This document shows, piece by piece, positions 45,782 to 53,901 of a stretch of DNA of 64,000 nucleotides. The stretch's first letter is position 1. Every line of letters starts with the position of its first letter. The notes under the pieces are model-generated. The model made no database searches. It saw only the letters and a program-made list of their open reading frames with translations, and was not told where the DNA came from. Origin of the DNA: Terracidiphilus sp. (GTDB lineage: Bacteria > Acidobacteriota > Terriglobia > Terriglobales > Acidobacteriaceae); assembly GCA_049515995.1 (NCBI GenBank), contig JBEKTO010000004.1, positions 30,042-94,041 on the forward strand. The letters run 5' to 3'. The translations under genes were made by a program, and so were the position numbers.

Positions 45782-46881
45782 GGTTCTGGAATCAAGGTCC
45801 GGACCTTATCTATGAGGCTGACGAGTTCTGCCCAAACCTGTCTTGCTCGCTCGTCCGGATCGAGCCAAGCATCTATACTTGGCGCCTTCAGGGCTTGTAG
45901 CGCCACGCCAATTTGGTGTTCCAGAAGGCCAGTCTCGTCGGTTGGGGTCTCAGCCTCCGCTGCTCGCACGGCCTCTTCAAACGCTCGGCTTGGATCAGCC
46001 AGGATCTTAAGCGGGACTGGCTTGTCGACAATGTCCTTAAGCTGCCGGACCTGCTGATTTGCGTTTTGAAGCTTCGCGGGGCGGGTCTCGCCGTCCACCT
46101 CACGGGGGCTTAGTAACTCATAAAAGATACGTCTATTCTCCGCATTCTCGGCACGATAAGTTTGATCCGAAAACTGAAGCCATTCGCGGACTTTCGGTTG
46201 GGAAACAGCCTCGTGAAAGAATGCATACAGACGAGGCAAAGCGTAATCCCCAAACTCTTCGTCGGCCTCCATCTGTTCCAGAGCCTTCGAGGCGCGGTAG
46301 CGGCGCGCCACTTCACGTGCGCTGATTCCAATCCGCTGCGCAACCGGGCCGAATGCACCTTCCTCCTTGTCGTACATTTCTACGACGAGCCGGGCCTGCT
46401 GGTATGGACCCCACTCCTGGATACCAGCGACATGGCGAATAGCCATCAGCGTCTTCTGATATCGACTGCGCTCCTCTTCGGTGCCCAGAATCTCGATTAC
46501 AGATAGTTTCGTGACCGAAGCCAATACCGGTTCGGAGAGAGTCAGGGCGCCGCCCTCGTGGTCGCGGAGGATCATCTTAATCGCAGCAACCCGTCGGTTT
46601 CCCTCCACGACAACATACAGCGGGGGGGTAGAGCCAGACTGATAAGACTCAACAGCTATTTGTTCAAAAGGCACAAAGCCGTTGGAGATAATCGAATCCC
46701 GCAGCGCACCGAGGTTGAATGACGGTGTATCTCTCAGGAATTGGAGAGCGCGATCCTGAACGCCAGGCTCGGCATAGCGGATTCGGCTCACTTCCCTGAA
46801 CCCGCTAAGGTCGTGAAAGCGGTAATTGTTCGGGTCGAGCAAGAGTTGGCCGGGAAAAAGGTCGAGACTATTCACTTGCAT
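45778..46881 (-). CDS. ParB/Srx-like N-terminal domain protein with HTH
   Basis: LLLDPNNYRF, SIISNG, VVEGNRR, RHVAG...W, HTH VAQRIGISAREVARRY. Confidence 0.72.
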   Translation of the reverse strand: MQVNSLDLFPGQLLLDPNNYRFHDLSGFREVSRIRYAEPGVQDRALQFLRDTPSFNLGALRDSIISNGFVPFEQIAVESYQSGSTPPLYVVVEGNRRVAAIKMILRDHEGGALTLSEPVLASVTKLSVIEILGTEEERSRYQKTLMAIRHVAGIQEWGPYQQARLVVEMYDKEEGAFGPVAQRIGISAREVARRYRASKALEQMEADEEFGDYALPRLYAFFHEAVSQPKVREWLQFSDQTYRAENAENRRIFYELLSPREVDGETRPAKLQNANQQVRQLKDIVDKPVPLKILADPSRAFEEAVRAAEAETPTDETGLLEHQIGVALQALKAPSIDAWLDPDERARQVWAELVSLIDKVRTLIPEP

Positions 46882-47047
46882 AGTGACTCCGCCGAAGATG
46901 GATGCATTTCTTCACCCGATCATACTGCATGAGAACAATGCTGAAAGTGTACGCCTCCTGCTTGGCTCAGAACCGGTTCGCCTCGCTTCCCCCGTGCCGA
47001 CCGCACCGCCTACAATGGAGCCTGAACTTCAAACCTCGAGGAAAACC

Positions 47048-47230
47048 ATGCCGCTCTCCGGAGAAGCCATCCGCCTGATGAACTACATTGACGACGTTGC
47101 CGTGACCCTGCGCCGGGTGCTGGCGACCATCCCCACACTCACCGCCGAGGAGCGCGCCCGCGTGGCCGAGCACCTGCTGAACGCCAAGCCCAACGCCGGG
47201 GATGTGGCCGAGGCCCTGGCCGCCAAGTAA
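47048..47230 (+). CDS. Small helical hypothetical protein (60 aa)
   Basis: GAGGA before ATG; high-GC3 codon usage. Confidence 0.6.
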   Translation: MPLSGEAIRLMNYIDDVAVTLRRVLATIPTLTAEERARVAEHLLNAKPNAGDVAEALAAK

Positions 47231-47237
47231 GGCTCTT

Positions 47238-47792
47238 TTGCCCACTACCGTCGCCATTATCGGAGCCGGCCCGCTGGGCCGCTGGCTGGCCTTGAGCGCG
47301 GCCCGGGCCGGCTTCAGCGTGCTGCTGGAAGACGTGATGCCGGCCAATCTGCATCACGCGCGCGAGGCGCTGCGGCGGGAACTGGGGCCCGAGGCGCTGC
47401 CGAACGTAGCCTTCGTCTCCAGCATCGAGGACGCGGTGCGCGAGGCCGATCTGGCCATCGACTGCGTTCCCGACGAACTGGAATCGAAGCTGGAAATCTT
47501 CTGGCTGCTGGACCGCATGGCTCCGCCGCGCACGGTGCTGGCCACGCCGACGATGCGCCTGTCGATCGCGGACTTGGCCAACTGCACCTACCGCGCAGGC
47601 AAGTGCATCGCCATCGCGCAGGAGGCCTCCAGCCTGGCCGCGGGCGCGGGCGGCGCGATTCTGCTGCGCACCACCCGCCGCACCGCGCCGGAGACCGTAG
47701 AGCTGGTCCGTGATTTCTGGGAGCGGCTGGGATTTGAGCCGGCGTTTGAAGGAGATCCGGGGGAGAAGCGGGGAACAGGGAACAGGGACTAG
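47238..47792 (+). CDS. Stand-alone 3-hydroxyacyl-CoA dehydrogenase NAD-binding-like domain
   Basis: VAIIGAGPLG Rossmann motif, ADLAIDCVPDELESK; start (TTG) uncertain. Confidence 0.7.
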   Translation: MPTTVAIIGAGPLGRWLALSAARAGFSVLLEDVMPANLHHAREALRRELGPEALPNVAFVSSIEDAVREADLAIDCVPDELESKLEIFWLLDRMAPPRTVLATPTMRLSIADLANCTYRAGKCIAIAQEASSLAAGAGGAILLRTTRRTAPETVELVRDFWERLGFEPAFEGDPGEKRGTGNRD

Positions 47793-47840
47793 GGAATAGG
47801 GAGTAGGGAATAGGGAGTAGGGAGTAGGGAATAGGGAGTA
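47771..47840 (+). repeat. Ten tandem GGGA(A/G/C)(C/T)A heptamers between convergent genes
   Basis: GGGAACA x2, GGGACTA, then GGGAATA/GGGAGTA units. Confidence 0.92.
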
Positions 47841-47851
47841 GACGACAGTTG

Positions 47852-49036
47852 TCAGCTGACCGCCGCGTGCTGACGGCTGACTACCGATTGCGGACTGCTG
47901 TCGGCGAGAACCTGCTCGTAATAGCGCACATAGTGCGGCACCACCAGCGAGGAGCAGAAGCGCTGCTGGGCGGTTTTGCGGCCGGCTTCGCGCATGGCTT
48001 CAAGGCGATTGCGATCCTTGAGCAGACCGATGGCTCCGGCGGCCATCGCGTCTACATCGCCCACCGGATAGAGCAGGCCGGTGACGCCATCGTCGATCAG
48101 CTCCGGCACGCCGCCGACGCGCGTGGCGATGGAGGGCACCTTGCAGGCCATGGCCTCGAGCGCGGCCAGGCCAAAGGACTCCAGCTCGCTCGGCATCAGC
48201 ATCAGATCGGCCAGCGGCAGCAGTTCGTTGACCCGATCCTGCTTGCCCATGAAGTGAATCCGGGCGTGAATTCCCAGGTCGTGCGCCAGCCACTCGGCGG
48301 CCGAGCGGTCGGGGCCGTCGCCCACCAGAACCAGTTGCGCGGGCACCTCGCGGGCCACCTGGGCGAAGACCTTGACCACATCGAGCACGCGCTTGACCGG
48401 GCGGAAATTAGAGAGATGCATCAGGATGGCCTCGTCCGGCCTGACCAGCTTGAGCCGCGCAGCCGCGCGGGCGGCCTCGTCCTTGATGGGCGTGTAGACA
48501 TCGCAGTTGACGAAGTTCGTCACCACTTCGATGCCCCGCGTGACGCCGAAATCCTCGATCGTTTTCTCTTTGAGATAGCTGGAGATGCTGGTGACCCCGT
48601 CGCTCTCCTGAATGGCGTAGCGGATGATGGGCAGATAGCTGCGGTCCAGGCCCACCAGCGTAATGTCGGTGCCGTGCAGGGTGGTGACGAAGGGCAGGCG
48701 CCGGCCGCGGGCCGCGAGCATCTGGCGGGCCAAGAGAGCGCTGACCGAGTGGGGAATGGCGTAGTGGACATGGAGCAGGTCGAGCTCGTAGAACTCGGCA
48801 ACCTCGGCCATGCGCGAGGCCAGCGCCAGATCGTAGGGGGGAAACTCGAAGAGCGGATAGCTGGAGACCGGGACCTCGTGATAAAAGATGCCGTCGTCGC
48901 GGCCGCTGAGGCGGAAGGGCTGGGAATAGGAGATGAAATGGACCTCGTGGCCCAGTGCAGCCAGTTCGATGCCCAGTTCCGTGGCCACCACACCGGAGCC
49001 GCCGTAGGTGGGATAACAGGTGATGCCGATGCGCAT
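47852..49036 (-). CDS. bshA: N-acetyl-alpha-D-glucosaminyl L-malate synthase
   Basis: [56 protein letters not shown]. Confidence 0.93.
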   Translation of the reverse strand: MRIGITCYPTYGGSGVVATELGIELAALGHEVHFISYSQPFRLSGRDDGIFYHEVPVSSYPLFEFPPYDLALASRMAEVAEFYELDLLHVHYAIPHSVSALLARQMLAARGRRLPFVTTLHGTDITLVGLDRSYLPIIRYAIQESDGVTSISSYLKEKTIEDFGVTRGIEVVTNFVNCDVYTPIKDEAARAAARLKLVRPDEAILMHLSNFRPVKRVLDVVKVFAQVAREVPAQLVLVGDGPDRSAAEWLAHDLGIHARIHFMGKQDRVNELLPLADLMLMPSELESFGLAALEAMACKVPSIATRVGGVPELIDDGVTGLLYPVGDVDAMAAGAIGLLKDRNRLEAMREAGRKTAQQRFCSSLVVPHYVRYYEQVLADSSPQSVVSRQHAAVS

Positions 49037-49141
49037 GGGACCTTCTTCGAGAATCTTGTCCGTCTTCAGAGTTGGACGCTGGCCAAAGCAACGAAGATTC
49101 AGTTGGCGGGCAAGCGGCCGGAAATCATTGGCGTGCGCCGG

Positions 49142-50005
49142 TTACACGGCCGGAGTTGCATCGAGGTGCAGGCCGGCGAAGGAGATGAGCTCGAGGCTGG
49201 GAAACCGGGTCAGCGCGCGCAGTGCATCCCGCTCGATCTCCCGCGAGGCGAGCAGACGGGTGCGGGCATGGGCCAGATCGGCGTCGTTGTAGCCGGGATG
49301 CGTCACCAGCTCCCAGGCGCCGGCGGGCAGTTGCTGGAGCAGGGAAGCGACCGCGGCGGCGTTGAGGGTTCCGGTGGCCAGCACGCCCAGAGCGCCATCG
49401 GTGGTGGTAAAGCCCTCCTTCGCTACGATGCGGCGAAAGGCGGGTTCAAGGCGGCGGAGCAGGCGGACTTCCGCGCGCCGCAGCCAGAGAGCGCCGGAGG
49501 TGGCGTGGAGGCTCCAGGCCGGCTCGAAGGGATTGCGGACGGCGCGAATTCCGGCGGCTTTGGCCGCGCGCAGCACAGGCCGGAGCACGGCGGGAAACAT
49601 GTGGATGTGCTTGTGGGCATCGATGTGGGTGAGCGCGAGGCCCCTGGACTGGAGGAAGGCGATCTGCGCGGCGGCTTCGGCCTCGATTTCGGCGGAGCGA
49701 ATGCGCCCAGTCAGCAGGCGCTGCAGAAACGCGCCCAGCGTGGGCTGAAAGCGGCCTGTCCGAGGGTCGATGAGCGTGGGAATCTGGCGCGGCGGCAGCA
49801 TGGGCTCGCCATCCACAAGAACGACATGGCAGCCGACGCCCAGCGAGGGCGTGGCGCGGGCGATTTCGATGGCTTCGGCCGTGGCTGCGGCCCGCGCCAT
49901 GAGCGTGGTGCTGGTCAGCACTTCTGCGCGATGCAGCTCGAGAATGGCCCGGTTGACTCCGGCAGTCAGCCCGAAGTCGTCGGCGTTGACGATAAGTCGG
50001 CCCAC
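49142..50005 (-). CDS. ChbG/HpnK (YdjC) family deacetylase
   Basis: IVNADDFG, GCHVVL, THIDAHKHIH, ELVTHPG. Confidence 0.88.
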   Translation of the reverse strand: MGRLIVNADDFGLTAGVNRAILELHRAEVLTSTTLMARAAATAEAIEIARATPSLGVGCHVVLVDGEPMLPPRQIPTLIDPRTGRFQPTLGAFLQRLLTGRIRSAEIEAEAAAQIAFLQSRGLALTHIDAHKHIHMFPAVLRPVLRAAKAAGIRAVRNPFEPAWSLHATSGALWLRRAEVRLLRRLEPAFRRIVAKEGFTTTDGALGVLATGTLNAAAVASLLQQLPAGAWELVTHPGYNDADLAHARTRLLASREIERDALRALTRFPSLELISFAGLHLDATPAV

Positions 50006-50101
50006 AAGGCAAGTTTATCAACTCAGGGCGGCGCGTTCCCCGATGAAGCTGCCGCGCTGGTATGATGAGTGGAAGGGCACAATCGCCTTGCCGCCGCGCG
50101 T

Positions 50102-50178
<77 letters not shown>

Positions 50179-50190
50179 TGAACCTGTTTT

Positions 50191-50353
50191 AAGTCATCCA
50201 AAGACATCCAAGAGAATAGATAAATCCCCGGTAAACACTGGGGATTTCGTATTTCTACGTCCAAGGGCGTACTATCAAAGCCAAGTTCTGCGGGGGGTAC
50301 TTTCCGGGGTATTTAGTTTTTCAAGGGGGGTACTTTTCTCTGCGGGGGTATTT
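50191..50353 (+). promoter_or_regulatory. attL arm region: 10-bp tandem repeat, hairpin and four GGGG(G)TAYTT arm-type repeats
   Basis: AAG(T/A)CATCCA x2 at 50191-50210; AAATCCCC/GGGGATTT hairpin 50222-50247; repeats at 50293, 50305, 50326, 50344. Confidence 0.6.
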
Positions 50354-50366
50354 GAGGGGCGTTGAA

Positions 50367-51584
50367 ATGTCATTGACGGATACAGAGGTTCGCAGGTCCA
50401 AACCAACTGAGAAGGCGTATCGACTGAGCGATGGTGGAAGCCTGTACCTTTGGGTCACTCCAGCCGGTGGCAAGCTGTGGCGCTGGGCTTACAACCATGA
50501 CGGCAAAGAAAAGCTCATGTCCTTTGGCAAATACCCCGATGTGCCTCTGGCGCTGGCCAGAGAGCGCCACACTGAGGCTCGCAGGTTGCTTGCGGTGGGC
50601 ACCGATCCAATGGCACAGCGGAAGGCTGACAAGACCGCCGCAAAGAGTGCCTCCGAGAATTCCTTCCAGATGGTTGCGGGCCTTTGGTTCGATCACTGGC
50701 GGGTGGATAAGAGCCGCCAGCATGTGGACGCTACACGTCGGCGCATGGCTGCGAACATCTTTCCACTGCTAGGCGCGCGCCCGATTACGGAGATTGAAGC
50801 GCCGGAACTGGTGCTCATGGTCAAAGCGATAGAAGGACGCGGCGCGGCGGACCTGGCAAAGCGGGCGCTAGAGAACACGGGCCAGATATTTCGATTTGCC
50901 ATTGCGCATGGGTACGCGAAACGCAATCCGGCAAGCGAGATTCGCCCTGCTGACGTTCTAAGACCGACGCATAAAACCAATCTTGCCCGCATTGACGCAA
51001 AAGAGTTGCCGGACCTTCTACGCGCGATTGAGGTATACAGAGGGACGCATGTCACCCGCTTGGGATTGAAGCTGATGGCCCTCACTTTTGTGCGCACCAG
51101 CGAATTGATTGGAGCGAAGTGGACAGAGTTCGACATGGACGCTGCCCGGTGGGACATTCCCGCAGAGCGCATGAAGATGCGGACCCAGCACATTGTCCCT
51201 TTGGCCGCGCAAGCAATCGAAGTGCTGGAGATGCTGCGCACGTTGACCGGGGATAGTGAGTGGCTCTTCCCCGGTGATCGTAGCGCCGCAAAGCCCATGA
51301 GCAACAACACGATTCTGATGGCGCTTAAGCGCATGGGCTACAAAGGCAGAATGACGGGGCATGGCTTTCGCGGGCTGGCGTCCACTGTCTTGCATGAGAA
51401 GGGCTATGGGCATGAGCACATCGAATTGCAGCTTGCACACGCGCCGCGCAATGCCGTGAGCGCGGCCTATAACCATGCCTTGTACTTGGAACCGCGCGCC
51501 AAAATGATGCAGGATTGGGCGGATTTTCTAGAGCAAACTCTACGCGGTGGCAAGCTGATTCCGTTTCGCAGCCATGTAGCATGA
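50367..51584 (+). CDS. P4-family tyrosine integrase 1
   Basis: Arm-binding domain (DGGSLYLWV...GKLWRWAY...GKYPDVPLA.AR); catalytic R (RTSEL), HGFR, QLAH, AYN. Confidence 0.95.
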   Translation: MSLTDTEVRRSKPTEKAYRLSDGGSLYLWVTPAGGKLWRWAYNHDGKEKLMSFGKYPDVPLALARERHTEARRLLAVGTDPMAQRKADKTAAKSASENSFQMVAGLWFDHWRVDKSRQHVDATRRRMAANIFPLLGARPITEIEAPELVLMVKAIEGRGAADLAKRALENTGQIFRFAIAHGYAKRNPASEIRPADVLRPTHKTNLARIDAKELPDLLRAIEVYRGTHVTRLGLKLMALTFVRTSELIGAKWTEFDMDAARWDIPAERMKMRTQHIVPLAAQAIEVLEMLRTLTGDSEWLFPGDRSAAKPMSNNTILMALKRMGYKGRMTGHGFRGLASTVLHEKGYGHEHIELQLAHAPRNAVSAAYNHALYLEPRAKMMQDWADFLEQTLRGGKLIPFRSHVA

Positions 51585-51920
51585 AGCGCCGAACCGCTGC
51601 ATCGGCGGGCCGGTTACATTGATGGACTTGTGACGGAATCCAAGGTGACTGTGGGCAACTTCGGAGACGGCGCAGCCTTGCTCACCAGTTGCAACCAATT
51701 GCACAAGCGCACCACCTTGGCTTCCTTGGCACCAGCGACGGGGAGAGGTTTCAACCCGTGCCTGGCGGCGCGCTGTGCGGCATTTTGGCGTGGCGCTGCC
51801 GTTCCTCCATGCCGTCCCCAAAATCTCCGCAGACACCAAAACTTGCGCGGTTTTTCGACCTTGGAGCAGGTTGGAAATAGATGGACGGCATGAGCCTGTC
51901 CCATCACAGGAGAGAGTGCA

Positions 51921-52145
51921 TTGGACAATCTAGAGAAGATTATTCGTCTGCAAGCGGTCAAGGCGCGGTGTGGACTCAGTCGGAGCACGCTTTACAACCG
52001 GATGGCGGCGGGGGAGTTCCCGTCTCCAATATCACTCGGAGCGCGCTCAGTAGGCTGGGTGGAGTCTGAAATCAATGCTTGGATTGCAACTCGAATCAAT
52101 GCAAGTCGGAAGGCCATCCCGAACAAAGATGCAAAGGCTGCGTAA
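51921..52145 (+). CDS. alpA: AlpA family regulator / recombination directionality factor
   Basis: IRLQAVKARCGLSRSTLY..MAAGEFP.PISLG.RSVGW.ESEINAW. Confidence 0.9.
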   Translation: MDNLEKIIRLQAVKARCGLSRSTLYNRMAAGEFPSPISLGARSVGWVESEINAWIATRINASRKAIPNKDAKAA

Positions 52146-52293
52146 GCCCGAAGGGTCACCGTGGCACATGGAAGCGGCGTAGGGGCGCGAGGGAGGGTTA
52201 ACCTTCCTTGTGCATCCTAATTCGCTCCCGCAATGCACCAGCGCGGTTGTAGCCGCGCCGCGATACCCTTAACATAACTTTCAAGGATCGAAC

Positions 52294-53397
52294 ATGAGCG
52301 AATCGAATCCCGCCAATACAAAGCGGGCGCGCGGCGGAACGGGAAATTTCTTCATCGTTGACCAGAGGCTTTGGAAGGCAGTTTGCGATGAGGGCGACAT
52401 AAACGCCGCCGCCGCATGGCTACTGTTGTCGCAAGGGACGGGCGCGAACCAGCGCACGACCGCCTGGTCTGTAGATGCAATCATGCGTTACCTGGGCATG
52501 GGCTATAACCGTGGGAAAGAGGCAATCGACAAACTGATTGCCCTGAGATTCATTCGGTACGGCGAAAAGCACACGCAACGGAAGCCGCGCTATGACCTGC
52601 TTACATTCCCCGAATGGAACGCTCTGATTCACAAGCCCCGCAAGGGTAAGAGTGCAAGCGCGGAAGAGGACCCCGAAAACAACCTCATCTGGCTTCCCAA
52701 CGAACTTATCAAGGCAGCCGACGGCGAAAAACCGCCGATACGTAAGCTGCGGGCGTCTGGTGACCTTTGGGCTCTGCGCCTGTTCGTTGACCTCTACCAT
52801 GAGCACAACCTGAGAGATGACGGGGGAATCACCCGCAAGTTCTTGTGGCTAAAATATGACGCGATGAACCTCGGCGAGCGGGGACCGTACAGGATCATGG
52901 GCTTTAAGCCCGCCGGGAAATGGATAACTTGGGACGGTCCTTTCCGAATTCACCAGTCGCGACCGAAACTGAACCCCGACGCACAACCCACTTGGGATAG
53001 CTTGCATATCCTAGAGCAGACCGGCGTTCTGACGTTCATCCCGCATCTGGTGGAGAACGATACAAAGGCCGCCGAACCAATTCACGCGGTCGGAATCGGC
53101 GGACACAGTGAGCACCCCATCGAAACCCAAATCGGAAACGAGGCGCGCCGTACCGCAGTCGCCATGTGTCAACCCTGGCAGCTCGAACGGGCGCAACGGG
53201 ACGGATTGATTCTGTGTCCGGTAAGCCGGGATTACCCAAACGCTCAATTGGTCGGAATTGCCCGCTTGCATTACAGGCCGCATACGAAACGCACATCCGC
53301 CTGGAGCAGCAATCTGCAATATGCCGGACCTAAATGTGTTGACCATTTCCGACGCATGGCAGCCGAATATGCTGTGCAAGAGGCTGCATTCGCTTAA
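52294..53397 (+). CDS. Hypothetical protein, possible wHTH replication initiator
   Basis: N-terminal WSVDAIMRYLGMGYNRGKEAIDKLIALRFI resembles a wHTH; position after alpA. Function is inferred. Confidence 0.5.
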   Translation: MSESNPANTKRARGGTGNFFIVDQRLWKAVCDEGDINAAAAWLLLSQGTGANQRTTAWSVDAIMRYLGMGYNRGKEAIDKLIALRFIRYGEKHTQRKPRYDLLTFPEWNALIHKPRKGKSASAEEDPENNLIWLPNELIKAADGEKPPIRKLRASGDLWALRLFVDLYHEHNLRDDGGITRKFLWLKYDAMNLGERGPYRIMGFKPAGKWITWDGPFRIHQSRPKLNPDAQPTWDSLHILEQTGVLTFIPHLVENDTKAAEPIHAVGIGGHSEHPIETQIGNEARRTAVAMCQPWQLERAQRDGLILCPVSRDYPNAQLVGIARLHYRPHTKRTSAWSSNLQYAGPKCVDHFRRMAAEYAVQEAAFA

Positions 53398-53410
53398 ACG
53401 GGAGAGAGAC

Positions 53411-53460
53411 ATCAAAGGGGTTCAAGGATAGTTCAAAGAAGAAATCAAAGAGAATCAAAG
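53411..53460 (+). repeat. Five phased (A/T)TCAA(A/G)G repeats, iteron-like
   Basis: Copies at 53411, 53421, 53432, 53444, 53454 (10-12 bp spacing) just after the Rep-like stop. Confidence 0.6.
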
Positions 53461-53901
53461 CCTCTGTAAGCACAAATTCACCCCCAACCCCCTCAAGGGG
53501 GCTAGCGCAGAGGCAAGCTCTGCGCCGTTGGTTCGTAAACTGCTTTTCCTAAGATTGTCCGAACACGCTAAGCGCTTCACAATAGAGCTAACCCATGCTG
53601 CATCCAAGCGTCTGTTTCCCCGATTACTACGAACTCGCAAGCCGCTCAGTGCGGACGGCTGATGCGCCGCAATCCACCGCTAACGCCGCCCGCGCGGAAC
53701 GCCCGCGGCCGGATTTCCAGCGGATTGTGCTCCCGTCTGGCTGTGTACTTTTCCGGCTGCGTCTGCCGCGCGAAAAAGCATTCGGAATGAAGCCAAAATG
53801 CAGGCAGGCTGATTAGAGTCCCCCAGCCCCTTCATGACCAATCATGTTCCTTAAAGGGACCCGGCATTGTGCGCCCCAGTTTGCTGTTGCAGAATCAAAG
53901 T

